A stretch of DNA of 63,523 nucleotides, the filler included, from Choristocarpus tenellus KU-1152 (taxonomy: Eukaryota > Protista > Phaeophyceae): assembly GCA_964200185.2 (NCBI GenBank). It is 11 parts of 11 records of this genome, joined end to end, with 100 filler letters (N's around TTAATTAATTAA, not from the genome) between each part and the next. Parts side by side here need not be neighbours in the genome. Positions count along the whole stretch, not along the records: positions 25,171 to 31,691 come from CAXNAD020007950.1; positions 31,792 to 38,952 come from CAXNAD020006598.1; 9 more parts are not named here. One strand, written 5' to 3'. Below are positions 25,071 through 37,558 of this stretch, in pieces (position 1 is the first letter of the stretch; each line of letters opens with the position of its first letter). The translations under genes were made by a program, and so were the position numbers. The notes below the pieces were generated by a model. The model was not told where the DNA came from. It saw nothing but the letters and a program-made list of their open reading frames with translations, and did no database searches.

Positions 25071-26730
25071 NNNNNNNNNNNNNNNNNNNNNNNNNNNNNN
25101 NNNNNNNNNNNNNNTTAATTAATTAANNNNNNNNNNNNNNNNNNNNNNNNNNNNNNNNNNNNNNNNNNNNCGGGTCCCTCTCCCTGCTACCATTGTCGTG
25201 TGCCTCTGTCACCTCTCTGGCCCCATCCCCCTGTGTGCTCATTCAATTTTCCGTCCGGGCTTCGCCATCCTGCAGAGATGAAACGTGTCTACCTATTCCC
25301 GAAGAGGAGTGGTGTGCTCTGCTTATGTTCCCCCCTTGCCCGTGCCTATCTCGTGGGCCGCCATTCCCATCCTCAATCACCTCCACCTCGTCCCCATGTG
25401 GGCCCATTCCGTTCTCCGTCCATCCTTCTCCGTTCTGTGAGATCTAAATCTGTGCGTCTATTCCCGGAGCTGGGTTAAGCCCTACACTTACATTAGCTCC
25501 TTGCCATTGCTTGTCTTGTGTACCGTCGTCACCTTCCTCCATCACCTCCACAACCCCACCCCCTCCTCCCTCTATCCTTCCCCTCCTCTCCCCCCTACTA
25601 TTGTCCCACCATACCACTTGTAATGGCCCATTGGCCCACCATAACACACCGCTATGCACGTCACTACTTTCTATCGTACCGAACCAAAGATAAATGTATA
25701 TGAAACCTAGGTTATATACATGTATCGGCTCAGACAGCATAGGTTATTCGACAACAATATTATCACCTTTCAGCGTACAACTACCTCAAGGATGTAGGCT
25801 GCAAATAATCCCTTGCTTATACTGGGCAACTATCAAATAAAATTCGGTCCCTTGGGTGATGAATATGACATTTCATACATAGGAGTCTCTTTGAGATGTG
25901 TGGGGTAAGTAAGATAAGCCAACCTTTGGTCTGCTTCTTTGAGGGTTTCAACAATATGGGTTAACCACCCTATCAAATCAGGGCCAACACAATTCTTTGC
26001 TAAAGAGCTGATGCTGGAGCCCAACGTACACACTACACAGGTATATTGTGATTACTAATACGGCTTGATCCTGCACGGTTTTCCATAGTTACCTTATAAA
26101 AGTATTTACGTCAAACTTAAGCACTAGCCACACCAGAGATCACTCAGTCTATCGTATAAAATCCGGAGGACCATGGATACATTTCCGTAAAACAGGGAAA
26201 GGACAATGGATTCTATTAGTATTATTCCTTGCTTATATCTATGTTCCAAAAACCATCTGCCTAGTAAGAACATACATGAGAGGCAGAAGGGTATACAGCT
26301 ATCCATGGGGGGGCACCAAAAAAATGCTAATAAAATACACTCAACAATGACAAAAAAGTTCTGAACAACATATGGCAGAAGCACCAAACTAAATAAGTCA
26401 CCAGGAGAAAAAGTCGTCAGCCCTCAGGGAACCTGTGTGACACAATTCATATACAAATTTTGGGCTAAAAGTCTTTGAATCCATTCTGTTGCACGATGGA
26501 GACAACTAATGCTGTCCCACTCTCTCGCCAAGGCCCAGCAGCCCTCAGCAACCCAGCAAGTGATGAGCATTGAGCACGGAAGGATGCATCCACTAGCAAA
26601 TCTATTTGGACACACTGCTCCCCCCTTCACAAAGAAGAGGGTGTGTACATTTGAGCCCTTGTCCGATGGACATCCTCCCACACCACCCTTGCAACCCCAG
26701 CAACAGAAGATAGTATTTCGTTGTTGCTGC

Positions 26731-28284
26731 TCAGCCACGATTCTGTCGTGCCTCTCGCAGCTTTGCAATCCTCAGTCTGATGTTGTCTTGAACCCGTTCC
26801 TGCTCTTGTCTTGCAGCTCTTGCCACAGAACTGTCTGCCTTCCTGCTCTGATGTTGCCCTTGGGTATGCTGTGCGAAGGAGGATAGACCTCTCTTCGATG
26901 AACCGTTCAAACCCCTCTCTTTCTTGCCGGGGGATTGATACTTATCAATAATCCTTTGCAGGAGGAGTTCTTCTCGTCCATGGTACTCATTTAGCCATGC
27001 ATCTACCCGATGCAGTTGCCTGCTCCAAGCAGATGGTATGTTATTTTTGTAAGAGAAGATGGGGGAGCAGGAATGAGGCACCTTTTGTTTATTGCTGTAT
27101 TGGTCATGGCGTTTGCTACAGTACCTTGGACTGACTGGCTCACTGCCGAACAAGTATCATGCCTTTGAAATATATCAACTGATATCTGCCAGGGTTTAAG
27201 AAAAATACATCAATGCTCTGTACCTTGGCATACACTTGCATGCACTTTTAAAGTAGACGCAAAAACAAAAAAACACAACAGGTGCCTACAAGTAATTTTC
27301 TCTTGGCATTAGGTAGAGCTTAGTGGCTGGCCAAACCTTGTCTTTTCACAGGGTCTAATGATGACTGTTGTCCCCGCTCAACTCACCCTGGGTCTTTGGC
27401 AAAGAGGATGCCTCGGATTTCCTTCTCAACTGGTCCAATATCCACCTGTCAAGGGCCAACCCCGGGACACCAATAATCGCGAAAGGCAGTCAGCATGGGA
27501 GTGCCAGAGAAATGCTGAGGCATATGAAGAAGTTGAGAGTCCGTCTGGGTGACCTTTTCCTGTACTATAAGGTAGAGGGGTACCAAATCAATATTGGTGG
27601 GACCTTCTGTCATAACACAAAAGAGTGGTTTGCGCATCAAGGGACCCCACAGAGCTCTGTACAAATCAGGGTGTGCATAGAAGGAGCACTGATCACAGAG
27701 AATGGTGCATCCAGAAGGGCAGGGCAGTAGAGGCGGCAGATTCGCCTCACGGTGCAAAACTATGTGGAGCATGGCTAGAAACAAGTCGGCCCGAAGGAAA
27801 ATGAATCAATCAAGTCTCTTGCCTGGACATCGTCCATGGGTCCTGAAAAAACTTTTGTGGCCCAAACAGCTGATACGTAAAAGGAGACGACCAACACCGC
27901 CAACGGCTCCAGGTCCTGAGTCTTCGCACCCAAAAGTACAGCTGCGGCAACTGTAGGAGTTCCGTGATAGAGGCCCAGTACGGAAGTGGACGCTGTGTTC
28001 AGGAAAATTGGTATTTTTTTTTCGTTCTACTCTTGGAAACCCCCAAAATTCGCTTTTGTGAGTTTTCAACCATTTTTTCAGGCGATTCGACTGCATCTAC
28101 ACACACAGCTGTGGTTGACAAAGATGTCACCACTGGTATTTTCTACAGTTGCGGTGCATCGAAGATATTTCACAAATCTTTCTTACCTCCAGCGGTGACC
28201 AAATTGCAAGTCCAGGTAAGAGTCATCAGCAGAAGGCCTGCGATGACGTAGAATCCGAGATCGCCAAACTGGATGTCCGCAGGG
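26731..28284 (-). CDS. Hypothetical membrane protein with a C-terminal helical 'VD.WL..Y.GREE.L...I..KY' module (at least 4 exons; 5' end unresolved)
   Basis: Exons: 28284-28187 (PADIQFGDLGFYVIAGLLLMTLTWTCNLVTAG, donor GTAAGA), 27950-27823 (VAAAVLLG...LAVLVVSFYVSAVWATKVFSGPMDDVQ, donor GCAAGA), 27445-27387 (VDIGPVEKEIRGILFAKDP, donor GTGAGT) and 27019-26731 (QLHRVDAWLNEYHGREELLLQRIIDKY...*). Phases 1/0/2 join without stops. Confidence 0.68.
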
Positions 28285-28853
28285 CTGCAATAGTCGAGTA
28301 ATATTTGAGTGGTGAAAGGGGGTGAGTTTCTTGAGCAGGAGATTACAAACGTCCGAGGTAGCCCTACATTTACCGCACCAGATTTTGAAGATTAGTTTCT
28401 CTCAGTTATGCCTTTTAACTGGTGGTCTTGTATCATGTAGATATTGGAGGATTGCCAACGTCCAATCACCTGTACACGAAAATTGTAATCACCAAAGTGG
28501 AGAGTATAGTGAGAGCGGCCTTGGAAAGGAATCCCATTGTGTTGAGAGAAAGTGCAACAATCACTTCGATTTGATGTCAGTGATGCCTCGACTGCGCCCT
28601 CGATGAATTCGAGAGGTCCTAGGTTCGGTGAAGTCAACACGCGTGGCAGAGGATTCTCACTGTTTGGGCATTCCTCTTTGGTTTACTTTGCTCTTTCAGT
28701 GTTCTTTTTATAATATTCGCACCCGCTCTTTCATGACTACTTTCGTTGAATACCATCTCGAACATCAAACAAAAGACAAACTCAACCTCACCTACACTAG
28801 TACAGAGAGACAGGGTCCTCTGTCACGTTGTGGTCAACAAAGTGTGGGGGAAA

Positions 28854-30731
28854 ATGTTAACCTCTTCTGTACGGCGCGCTTTGCCCACCGTTGATAGGCA
28901 CAGGGCCAGCTTCACGAGACTGATCACCAGCAAGACCAGTCACAATGAAGAAGTGAAGGCGGACAGGGTGACTGTTAGGGACATGATAAGTGGGAACCCC
29001 CTTAGGCTTCCCAGGCTACCAGTACCCACCTTAGAGGAAACTGTGAAGAGATATCTCGAGGTGAGAGACTCCTGCGTAGGCGACGGGGCATGCATCGTGC
29101 TCTGCACCAACCACAATGTTCTGCTTGGCGAGGTACAACTGTTGTTCCTTAGCCGGGACTCATTGCATAACCCTGCTTCACTTACTGCCTGCACGAATTA
29201 GCCTGTTCATATGCGTATCTTAATACGTGCTGGTCACTCTGTGCGCTTTATCCGTTTCAGAGCCTGGAGCCCTTGACAAGAGATCGTCCTGCAGACTTGT
29301 CCCATGCCAAAGCTGTGGGCAACGACTTCCTCGCTAAGGATGGTCCCCTCCTGCATTCCATGGTAATTTTCGCTTTGAAGCGCCATGCGACCAGCCCCTT
29401 TCCTCCAAAACTTTACCCTCTGCCTTCCTGCTGAAGTTTTCGCTTGAGACTCAGGATACGCAATGCATTTGTCTTCCTCCTTTGTTCTCACCTTGTCTCA
29501 TGGCAGGTGGTAGAGAAGGACTCATCGCAGAAGGGATATCCCCACAGCTACATTGAAGAGCTATGGGACAATATGTACCTTGAGGGACGGTGGAGTCTTC
29601 CTGTTAACTCCAATCCATACATTGCCCTCACACCCGCACCCGAGGAATTCTCAGCTGATCGAGGGCAGGATGCCCAGCTTTCTGGGGCTGCCAGGTGCTC
29701 ATGAATTTGCTCCACATTAGAGATTATGCAACCAGCGATTGAAACTGAAGGATTCAGCAGACTGCAAGAGGTGGTAGTTATTTCAACAAGTATCTCGAGC
29801 AAAATCACAAGACCCATTCCCCCTACTCCCTGTGTACAACACGACAATACCTTGCCCATGGTTTCCGCACTTCATCCCATAAGGTTCCTGTCCTCCTTCC
29901 TCAAGTGGACAAGGGTAGTACATTTGGGCCTCTACCAACCAGACAAACCTCCAGGTTGTGTATATCAATACGCCCTTCAAGGGGGTACCAGCAGAGCCCC
30001 ACGTTTTGGACGTGATGTACTGTCCTTCCATCCTGAGTCTAAGCACGTGGTGGTGTTTTGCAATGGTAGGGGGTTCCGCCTGGATGTCCTCACCGATGAT
30101 GGGGAGGGTCAGGTGACTTGTACATTGGATGTGTCGTCACATTGGGTGGTTCGTGGGTGAGGGAGTGGGTGACTTGTTGGGCAACTTTGGGTGAGAGGAA
30201 TTGAGACTGATGAGGACATCCCCTTAGGAAGACAGTAGAGGTGTTCTCCCTGTTTGTGTGACAGCGGGGAACCCACACTACCATGGAGCATTTTGAATAG
30301 CTACCACTGTTATCCTTTCATATTGCGTCCATCCAACCACTTACCTGACACTGATCAGATCAGAGTCTGATGCTCCGGAGTATTTTCTTCAACAACAGGT
30401 TGCAGCTAGTACTCCTTGCATTGTACTGAACCCACTTCATGCATCCAAACCACACCGTCACCTTGCATGTACTACGACAAGCTGTTCACAGTGGTCTGTC
30501 CAAGGGGATCATTTTGTATCCTGCTGCCCCCCCTGTTAGGTTAGCATGGAGGGTTTGTCGAAGGGACTTGCCGACATTCGTAACGCGGCTCATGCCCCTC
30601 AAGGAGGAAGGGTCAGAGGAGGAGAAGGCGCTTTCGTCGGGCACCTGACAACCATGGAACGGAACAAGTGGGCAGCAGCAAGAGCAGAGCTGGAAGGGAC
30701 TTCAGTCGTAACAAAGGCCTCTCTTGCAGAG
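28854..30731 (+). CDS. Carnitine O-acyltransferase (CPT2-like), 5' five exons; 3' part missing at the contig end
   Basis: Exons: 28854-29060 (Arg/Ser-rich presequence, LPRLPVPTLEETVKRYLE family signature), 29261-29362, 29507-29694 (SYIEELWDNMYLEGRWSLPVNSNPY), 29884-30112 (YQY...TSRAPRFGRD...SKHVVVFCNGRGFRLDVL) and 30540-30731 (VGHLTTMERNKWAAARAEL). Confidence 0.92.
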
Positions 30732-32281
30732 GTATGGCTGTTTTGGGCTAACTGATATCAGATTGGACGATGGGTTACGGAGCTTAGTTGCTTTAAATGG
30801 ATGAAATTCCCAGATACGGCTCTGGGGAGAGACTCCCACTGTCTTCCGTACTTTATTTTAAACCAGTTTCCTCATTGAGGTATGTGCCCAATTGCCTCAT
30901 GCCATACGCCACAAAGGAAAACAGAGTGCACGGGCAAAGGCGATACGTACATTGCCTAAGGTTGGAGCTAGCTAGGCCCCATTGATTTTTAAGGGCGGCG
31001 GGTGCGTTTTTATTGGTGATAACAAAGCACACCCTGAGAGAGTAGTGTGTGCTTGCCACCTTGTGTGCTGTTTTGTTTATCAAGATCCCCCCACCTCACG
31101 TTCTCTCCACTACTGTCCCCTTCCCTACCTATGTTTTTGCAGCTCTCAGGCCTCTTTAAGTCACTCTAGCTGTGTGGATCTGCGTTGAACATCCCCTCTA
31201 CACCTGACTGATTGGTTTCCCATATTCCTGAACAGATGCACTGATATCACGACAACTATGCAATAGATAAAAGCAGCACACACCTAGGGCAATACAAATC
31301 CGATTTTTGGTGCACCAAATCAATACCCGACAAATCAATGGCCGTTCCGGTGATAAACCTGAGTGACACACACATGGGGGGGCGTATGCACCCTCACAAA
31401 CAACTCAAAGATTTAGGAGCCAACTTTCATTTGTGGATCCCCATCGCTCGAGCCCGGTCATATTTCTGAGAGTTGCGTGGGATGAAATCTTCCGACCAAT
31501 CTGGTGAGATGTTGTCGAGTCAACAGGCAGCGATCTGTGCAACCTGTTCTTGCAATCGAAAATTCATTGGGGAGGGATTCTGGCGCAACGCATTCGTAAC
31601 AACGGAAACATTTGTGCATGTTTTGCAGGCAGGGAAGTTTTGCGGAACACGAATCGTGGGGGGGGGGGGGGGGGGTACGAAAATGTCTTGTNNNNNNNNN
31701 NNNNNNNNNNNNNNNNNNNNNNNNNNNNNNNNNNNTTAATTAATTAANNNNNNNNNNNNNNNNNNNNNNNNNNNNNNNNNNNNNNNNNNNNCCCCCCAGA
31801 TACTTTGACTCAGAAGCACTAACTTGTAGGTTCTTGTCACCTGAGCCTTGTTGTGGATATTGCTACGGAGTTGGGCAGGAGAGCGTTTGCTAGCCAGTGT
31901 GTTGATAAATGTATACTGCATGTATGTGTATGTCTGAGTCTGTTTTCGTTTGAATATATGCAGGTCCTCCAAGGATGTAATTTATAGGCTATCATTTATA
32001 CCACCCTTGGTTCATTGAGTATAAACACTGTGGGATTTTTTTAAAATGTGTATTTTTTCTTTTTTTGTCGTAGGGTTAGGGCTTTTTCTATTTTGAGTTG
32101 GGCAGGTTATATTATGTAGTATGTCATAGAATAGTTGCAAAGATTGTATCTGGGTTAGCCAATTGTAAGTATCAAGTATTAAATAAGATTATTGTATGCA
32201 CTAGTACAGTTAGTATGTTTTTTCAACTTTTTCTTACCCTAAACCTGACCCTCCTCCACCCACCCACTCACTTGTCCTTAG

Positions 32282-32879
32282 TCCTCCCAATCCGGGACAC
32301 CTCGAAACCCAATGTACCACTGGAGGAGTACACGGGCAATCAAGAGGAAGTGATGAATCCTCCGCCTGCTCTGTAGCCACCTTGGGCAAGCCAGTTCCTC
32401 TTAGCACCACTACAAACCCAACAGATGTAAAGGTGGTCATTGAGTCTCCAGGAGCTGCTGGTACCAAGAAGAGTCCATCTGCTATTGGAACATCCACAGG
32501 TGTTCAAGAACGATTGCATAAGCAGTCTGGTATTGATCCACCTGTGCATCAGTCGTCTTTATCAGTGACAAAAGGGGGGTGCATAAAGCAAGAGGCCCTG
32601 TCTCCGACTCTGGCTACTCCTGTCCGGGATTCTCCTTCCAAAGCTCTAGAAGATATTATTTTACCTCCAGGTGGGGTGACAAGAGGAAAACAGGAGGAAG
32701 GGGTGGGGGTATCGAGGTCAGGGTCAGACAAGAGTCCAAGTAGTAGCTGGATTAGTGATACATTCATGGGGAAGGAGCAGGGGGGGGCAGCACAGGGTCA
32801 GTTGAAGAAGAGTCCAAGCACTGAGAGGAGTGTCAGTCCATCAAGAGGAGAGGGTGATGATTCGTGTGTTGTGAGCTGA
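32282..32879 (+). CDS. Terminal exon of an unknown gene; disordered Ser/Pro/Gly-rich tail ending in a CaaX box (CVVS*)
   Basis: Pyrimidine tract and acceptor CCTTAG at 32281, then ~198 open codons ending GDDSCVVS-TGA. Confidence 0.6.
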
Positions 32880-34459
32880 TGGAGGCAATGCAGTCCTTGC
32901 TCAAGATGGATCCTGGTCTTCAAAAAACTGGTCGCCTGATGAAGGTAGGACCCTACTTGGACAGTGACGGTTTTGTAGGATGGATTTTTGGTGTGTATGA
33001 TGGGATTCACTGCTCCTTGGAGGAACGGATTGAGATTGTGGTTTGTTCCTCTCTGAAGTACCTAGTATTTATTTGACATACTGTGGGCACAGTAGGTCCG
33101 CATGTGTGTGTCATGGTTTCAAACCCTAACCCTATCCCCGAGTCCAGGGAGTGAAGTGCACAAAGGTACTACCATACCATACCTTTGTCATGACTTTGGA
33201 GTGACTGTTCTGCTCCATAAGTTGCACCCATTGTGTTTGAGAAGGGTACAGCTGCAGTTGTGTATGTTTCGGACTTGAGAATGCTGATTTTAGTTACAGT
33301 GTTGTCTAGGAATTGTGTTCATGTATATTTTATACACAAGTGCTGGTTGGGGATGTGACACGCCTATTTGACATGGTGTTCCCTCTTGCCTGACCGCCCC
33401 AGAGAGGTCGGTTTTTTCTTTAATGGTTCACACCTATTTGGTGATGCTTTGTTCTCGTTTGTTTGCTGATTTCAGTCATACTGCAGCAGGACTTGTGTTC
33501 ATTTGACTCATGTCACAGGCCCTTGAGGCAACAATCTTTATTTCTCTCATTAAATGTGAGGTTAGGATTAGGGTAATGCCTGTGTTCAAGCTGTTGGATT
33601 TTTAGTGTAGTTGTGGTGGAGTATTGTTGGTAGAAGGGTCTTGTTGTAGGAAGGAACACTTGGACTACACTGGGGTGGAGAGTGGTAGGTTGAGCTGTTG
33701 TTTGAACTTTTGTACTTTCTTCTGTCAGTTGAGGTCTGCTTGAGCTATCCATCCTTGTGCCTCTGAATGAGGAATATTCTGGGAAGTATTTATGAGGGTG
33801 TGTAGAGGGATGCCACATATGTGTTCTTGTGCTTGATGTTCTTGAATCCTTGTTATTATTTAGGGAGTAGATTTGCTGATCTTGGGCTTGCAAGATGAAT
33901 GGCTTGATGTTTTGGTGCAGTGTTCAACACTGTCGAAGCATGTGTGTATATGGCAGTCGCATGCATAATTCCTGTAATGCATACAGGTATGTGTCATGGC
34001 GTGCACTGCCTTGGTAGTAGATTTTTCATATTTTGTCAACACTTTTTTTTGTGAAGGATTGACTCTGAAGGACAAACTTGAGTAGGAAGGAGAGCTTTCT
34101 GTGTAGCTTTCAGCATTTGTGTTGGTTTACTTGACACCGAGATTGAGAAGGAAATAGAACATATATATATTGTAGGCTGGTTGGTTGTTATTTTTCGTCT
34201 TTATTGTCTGCTTGTTAGATATAGCGGGCCCATTTATTATTTTGGTTGTGATGCGTTTTGTTATTTATTTCGTAGTAGAAATATTGTCTACTGAAACAGG
34301 CCATTTAGCGATGGTGACAATGCATGTGTATCATGAAGCCGTGTGAAGTGATGTGTAGGCTGCACAGAGGGGGAAGTTAGGCAAAACTAGCTGTACTCTT
34401 TGAGGAGCATGGTCGGAATTCCTCTCGCATTCTCGTTGTGAGTGATGAAATAATGCATG

Positions 34460-34497
<38 letters not shown>
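34460..34497. repeat. (ACT)n microsatellite
   Basis: About 12 perfect tac/act units. Confidence 0.9.
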
Positions 34498-34779
34498 ATC
34501 TTTTCATGCAGTCGTTGAAATACACGGAACACTTTTTACGTCCTAGTACATGCGAAACATCCTACCTTGCTCTCAGCCATCATTGTTTATCCTTGTCTTT
34601 GTGTCTCAAGCAAAGCTTCAGAACTTAAAATATATTGAACATCATACTTATGTCTTGAAGCTCGGAAACTTCGATTGGATCATTCTAATCTTGAAATATA
34701 TCAATATATTTTATTGTCATTGGTTCTCAAAGCTCTACAATTTGACTGAAATACTTAAAAAAAATTCGAAGCATTAGGT

Positions 34780-35620
34780 ATATCCAGCCTCCCTTGGAAT
34801 GTCACTTTGCCATATAAGCATGCCATACGGTCAACAACACACTCGTACCATCTGTTGTGTTCGTTGGTCTTTCTCGTGCTCCATCCCTCAACCATAATTG
34901 ATCCTATACTTTTCAAGATCATGCTCTTGAAGGAACACCCACCATTTCTTCTCCTGTCCATTTTGCTACCATTTCCTTCCGCAAGCTCCTCAAGCATCAA
35001 CACCTTCCTTTGGAAGATGCTATCCCCGATACATGCATACAACTTACCCTGTGAATAGGAGTCTCTTTTCTGCACAATTGCAACGATACTCCCACCCATT
35101 CTTCACAAGGGCATCTTTGAAGGACATTTTGTGATTAGTGAGTTACCGTTTGCACAATCTGATGAAGCGTAGGAGGAATTTCGTGGTGATGGGAGGAAAG
35201 CTTCATAGAGTGGACCTGGCGGAGTGCCCACGCCATACAACCTTGCAACAGAACCTCAAGGAAGCCTTAAGAAATGCCTCGAGCATTTGGATCTTGAGCT
35301 CAGTCAAGTGATACAGCTGTGGTCCTGTCATAAAGCACTCGACATTACTTGTGAAAAATTCTCCAGGCTTTTCGGACCCTTCAACTAACTGATCTTGGTA
35401 GTGATATCAGCTATACCACTAATGATACCCACTGCCAAGCAAGGTAGATAAATTTGTTAGTCTGCTTCTAGGTCTGGCCCAATGCCTGGATGTGCGTAAT
35501 GTCTGTGACCTTAGTTCAAGGTCGAAGAGAGTACACTACTTGTCTACACCTAACTCTGACATCGACAGAAGGAATGACCAGCCCAACTTCACACCGCTAA
35601 CATCATCATGGCCGCACCTC
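34780..35620 (-). mobile_element. Degenerate RTE-like LINE, 3' half of ORF2
   Basis: Ordered remnants: HDDVSGV (YADD-like), GQT*KQTNKFIYL (FxYLG motif), LLQGCMAWALRQVH (LYGCxTW motif) and a C-terminal RKVLMLEELAEG...WYECVVD segment. Confidence 0.65.
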
Positions 35621-35642
35621 CTTGGCTCTAAAACACAGCACT

Positions 35643-35847
35643 TAACAGCCGATTTCAAAAATTGAGGATGGAGCTTTTCATTGAGGATGGGCTTGACCCA
35701 AAATTGACTGGGATAAAGTGTCGATATGTTTTTTTTCTATTGTCATTTAAAATGAATGAAATAGAGTGTTTTGGACAAGGTAAGAAATATTGCTTGGAAT
35801 CCAAAAAGGGTTCGAACCTGCCTACTACCTCTAAATTGCTTTGGCTC
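35643..35847. repeat. Dispersed repeat D, ending in a family-C-type TIR; second copy at 48352-48422
   Basis: TAACAGC.GATTTCAAAAATTGAG..TGGAGCTTTTCATTGAGGATGG.CTTGACCCAAAATTGACTGGGA is shared with 48352-48422. The right end is ACCTGCCTAC...TTTGGCTC. Confidence 0.7.
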
Positions 35848-36562
35848 AGAGTCATGCGGTTTCCCCCAAAAACTCCCATAACACATGATGGACAACAGAG
35901 AGAGGTAAGTTCTTTTCCAGGTTGAGCTCTTGGAGGGGACATGCGGTGTACGTCAAGTGGGTCGGAATGAAGCGTTGCCATCACTTTTCAAGTTTTCTGC
36001 CTTCTTTGTTTACCATTTAGTGTCAGAGAGGAGGGTACAGATGTACTGTTTCATGGTGTTTTCAGTGATACATCGAAACCAAGATTCCCTAAAAGGAGTA
36101 ACTAATCTGAACTTAGTTTGAATCTGCGAATTCATTTCACAAGAAATGGTAGACCACTCACTGACCTTTCTAGAAAATACTCGAGTCCATTTGCTCTATT
36201 ATATAACGTCCATTGTTCAGTACAAGTTGGGTCTAGTTCTCTCAACTTTGTTATTTCCCAAACGTTCAAGGCAACATTATCCTGAACAACAGTTCTTTCC
36301 GGTTTTGCTCTATAATGTCCGTTAAATGGCAAAAAACGTTTTGTCTATAACACAAGACAAAGTCGTATTGTTGGAGAAATATGACTTTCTATAACAAACG
36401 TTCAACCCTTTCTATTCTACATGTGTACGTTGTGCTCTCACAGGACTTGGAATCAATAGTAAATGGGGTATCACGGGAGTACTGACCCTAGGCTGTCATT
36501 TAATTTATTTGCTTTCTGCAGTATTGATTCCCCACCCACTTCGGCAATCCGACAACTTTCCG

Positions 36563-37558
36563 ATGGTTGACCATTTTGTGGTGGGTGTGGCAGGGGGTTC
36601 GGGCTCAGGGAAGACCACGTTGACGAGAGCCTTAGTGGACGTTCTTGGCAAGGACAGTGTGACCCACCTCTGCCACGACTCTTATTACAGGTGATCTTTC
36701 GTGCAGTGCAGTGCCTCATCCTGCTGCAGGATGTTCTATGTTGGATGCATCTGGTCGAAGTTCTTGTGGTTGGTTGAAGTAACAGGCTGGCGGAAGTCGC
36801 TGCCACGCCCGATGGATCCATGGAGGGGTGCTTTGCCGAAATCTCGATAGAGCTGACCGGAAGTCAGCAAAGAACCACTTTCCGGGTTGGCATGCTCTAC
36901 TCCTGTCTCACAAACTAGCACTGTCCCTGCATCCCTGCTCTACTGTGCAGGGATCTTTCACACTTGCCCTTAGCACAGAGGCGTCAAACGAACTTTGACC
37001 ACCCAAGATCGCTGGAGACATCGCTGCTAGTTCAGCACCTCAAAGAGCTAAAGGGCGGCCAGACAGTGGACATCCCTGTGTATGACTTTACAGTGCACTC
37101 GAGAACGTCTAGAACAGAGAGGTGGGAACAGGAAGGATACGGTTTACCCCCTTTCCCCAGACTCTTTTCCCCTTTTCTCACTGATTGATTTAGCACCTTG
37201 GAACCATAACGTGGAAGTGTTACCCTCTCTCAATCCGATGTGGTATTTTGTCCAAGTTTCTTGTCAGGTAGGTCTTCTCTCAACCACGGAGCCAAATTAT
37301 TCAAATCGCTTCTATTTCCATGGATGTGCTAGTGACACTTAATGTTTTCCTACCGATACTGTCTACAACCAAAGGAGGCAGTTGTCCCATGCATCCACCA
37401 ATTGGCGGCAAGCAGAGAATGCCGATGACCCCTGACGAACGGTTTCGCTTGTGACGTACAGGACCCCGCCAAGGAAAGTCATCCTCCTTGAAGGGATCTT
37501 GATCTTCAGTGATCCAGATTTGGTAGACCTCATGGATATGAAGATATTTGTGGATACG
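36563..37558 (+). CDS. udk: Uridine/cytidine kinase, bacterial Udk type; three exons, 3' part missing
   Basis: Exons: 36563-36690 (FVVGVAGGSGSGKTT P-loop, HDSYYR; possible upstream acceptor at 36521), 36951-37121 (DLSHLPLAQRRQTNFDHPRSLE...VDIPVYDFTVHSR) and 37462-37558 (VILLEGILIF...LMDMKIFVDT, donor GTGAGT). Confidence 0.93.

Noticed and set aside
28854-37558. Metabolic gene cluster (acyltransferase, uridine kinase, MFS transporter)
   Set aside because: The genes are on different contigs separated by artificial spacers and have unrelated housekeeping functions.
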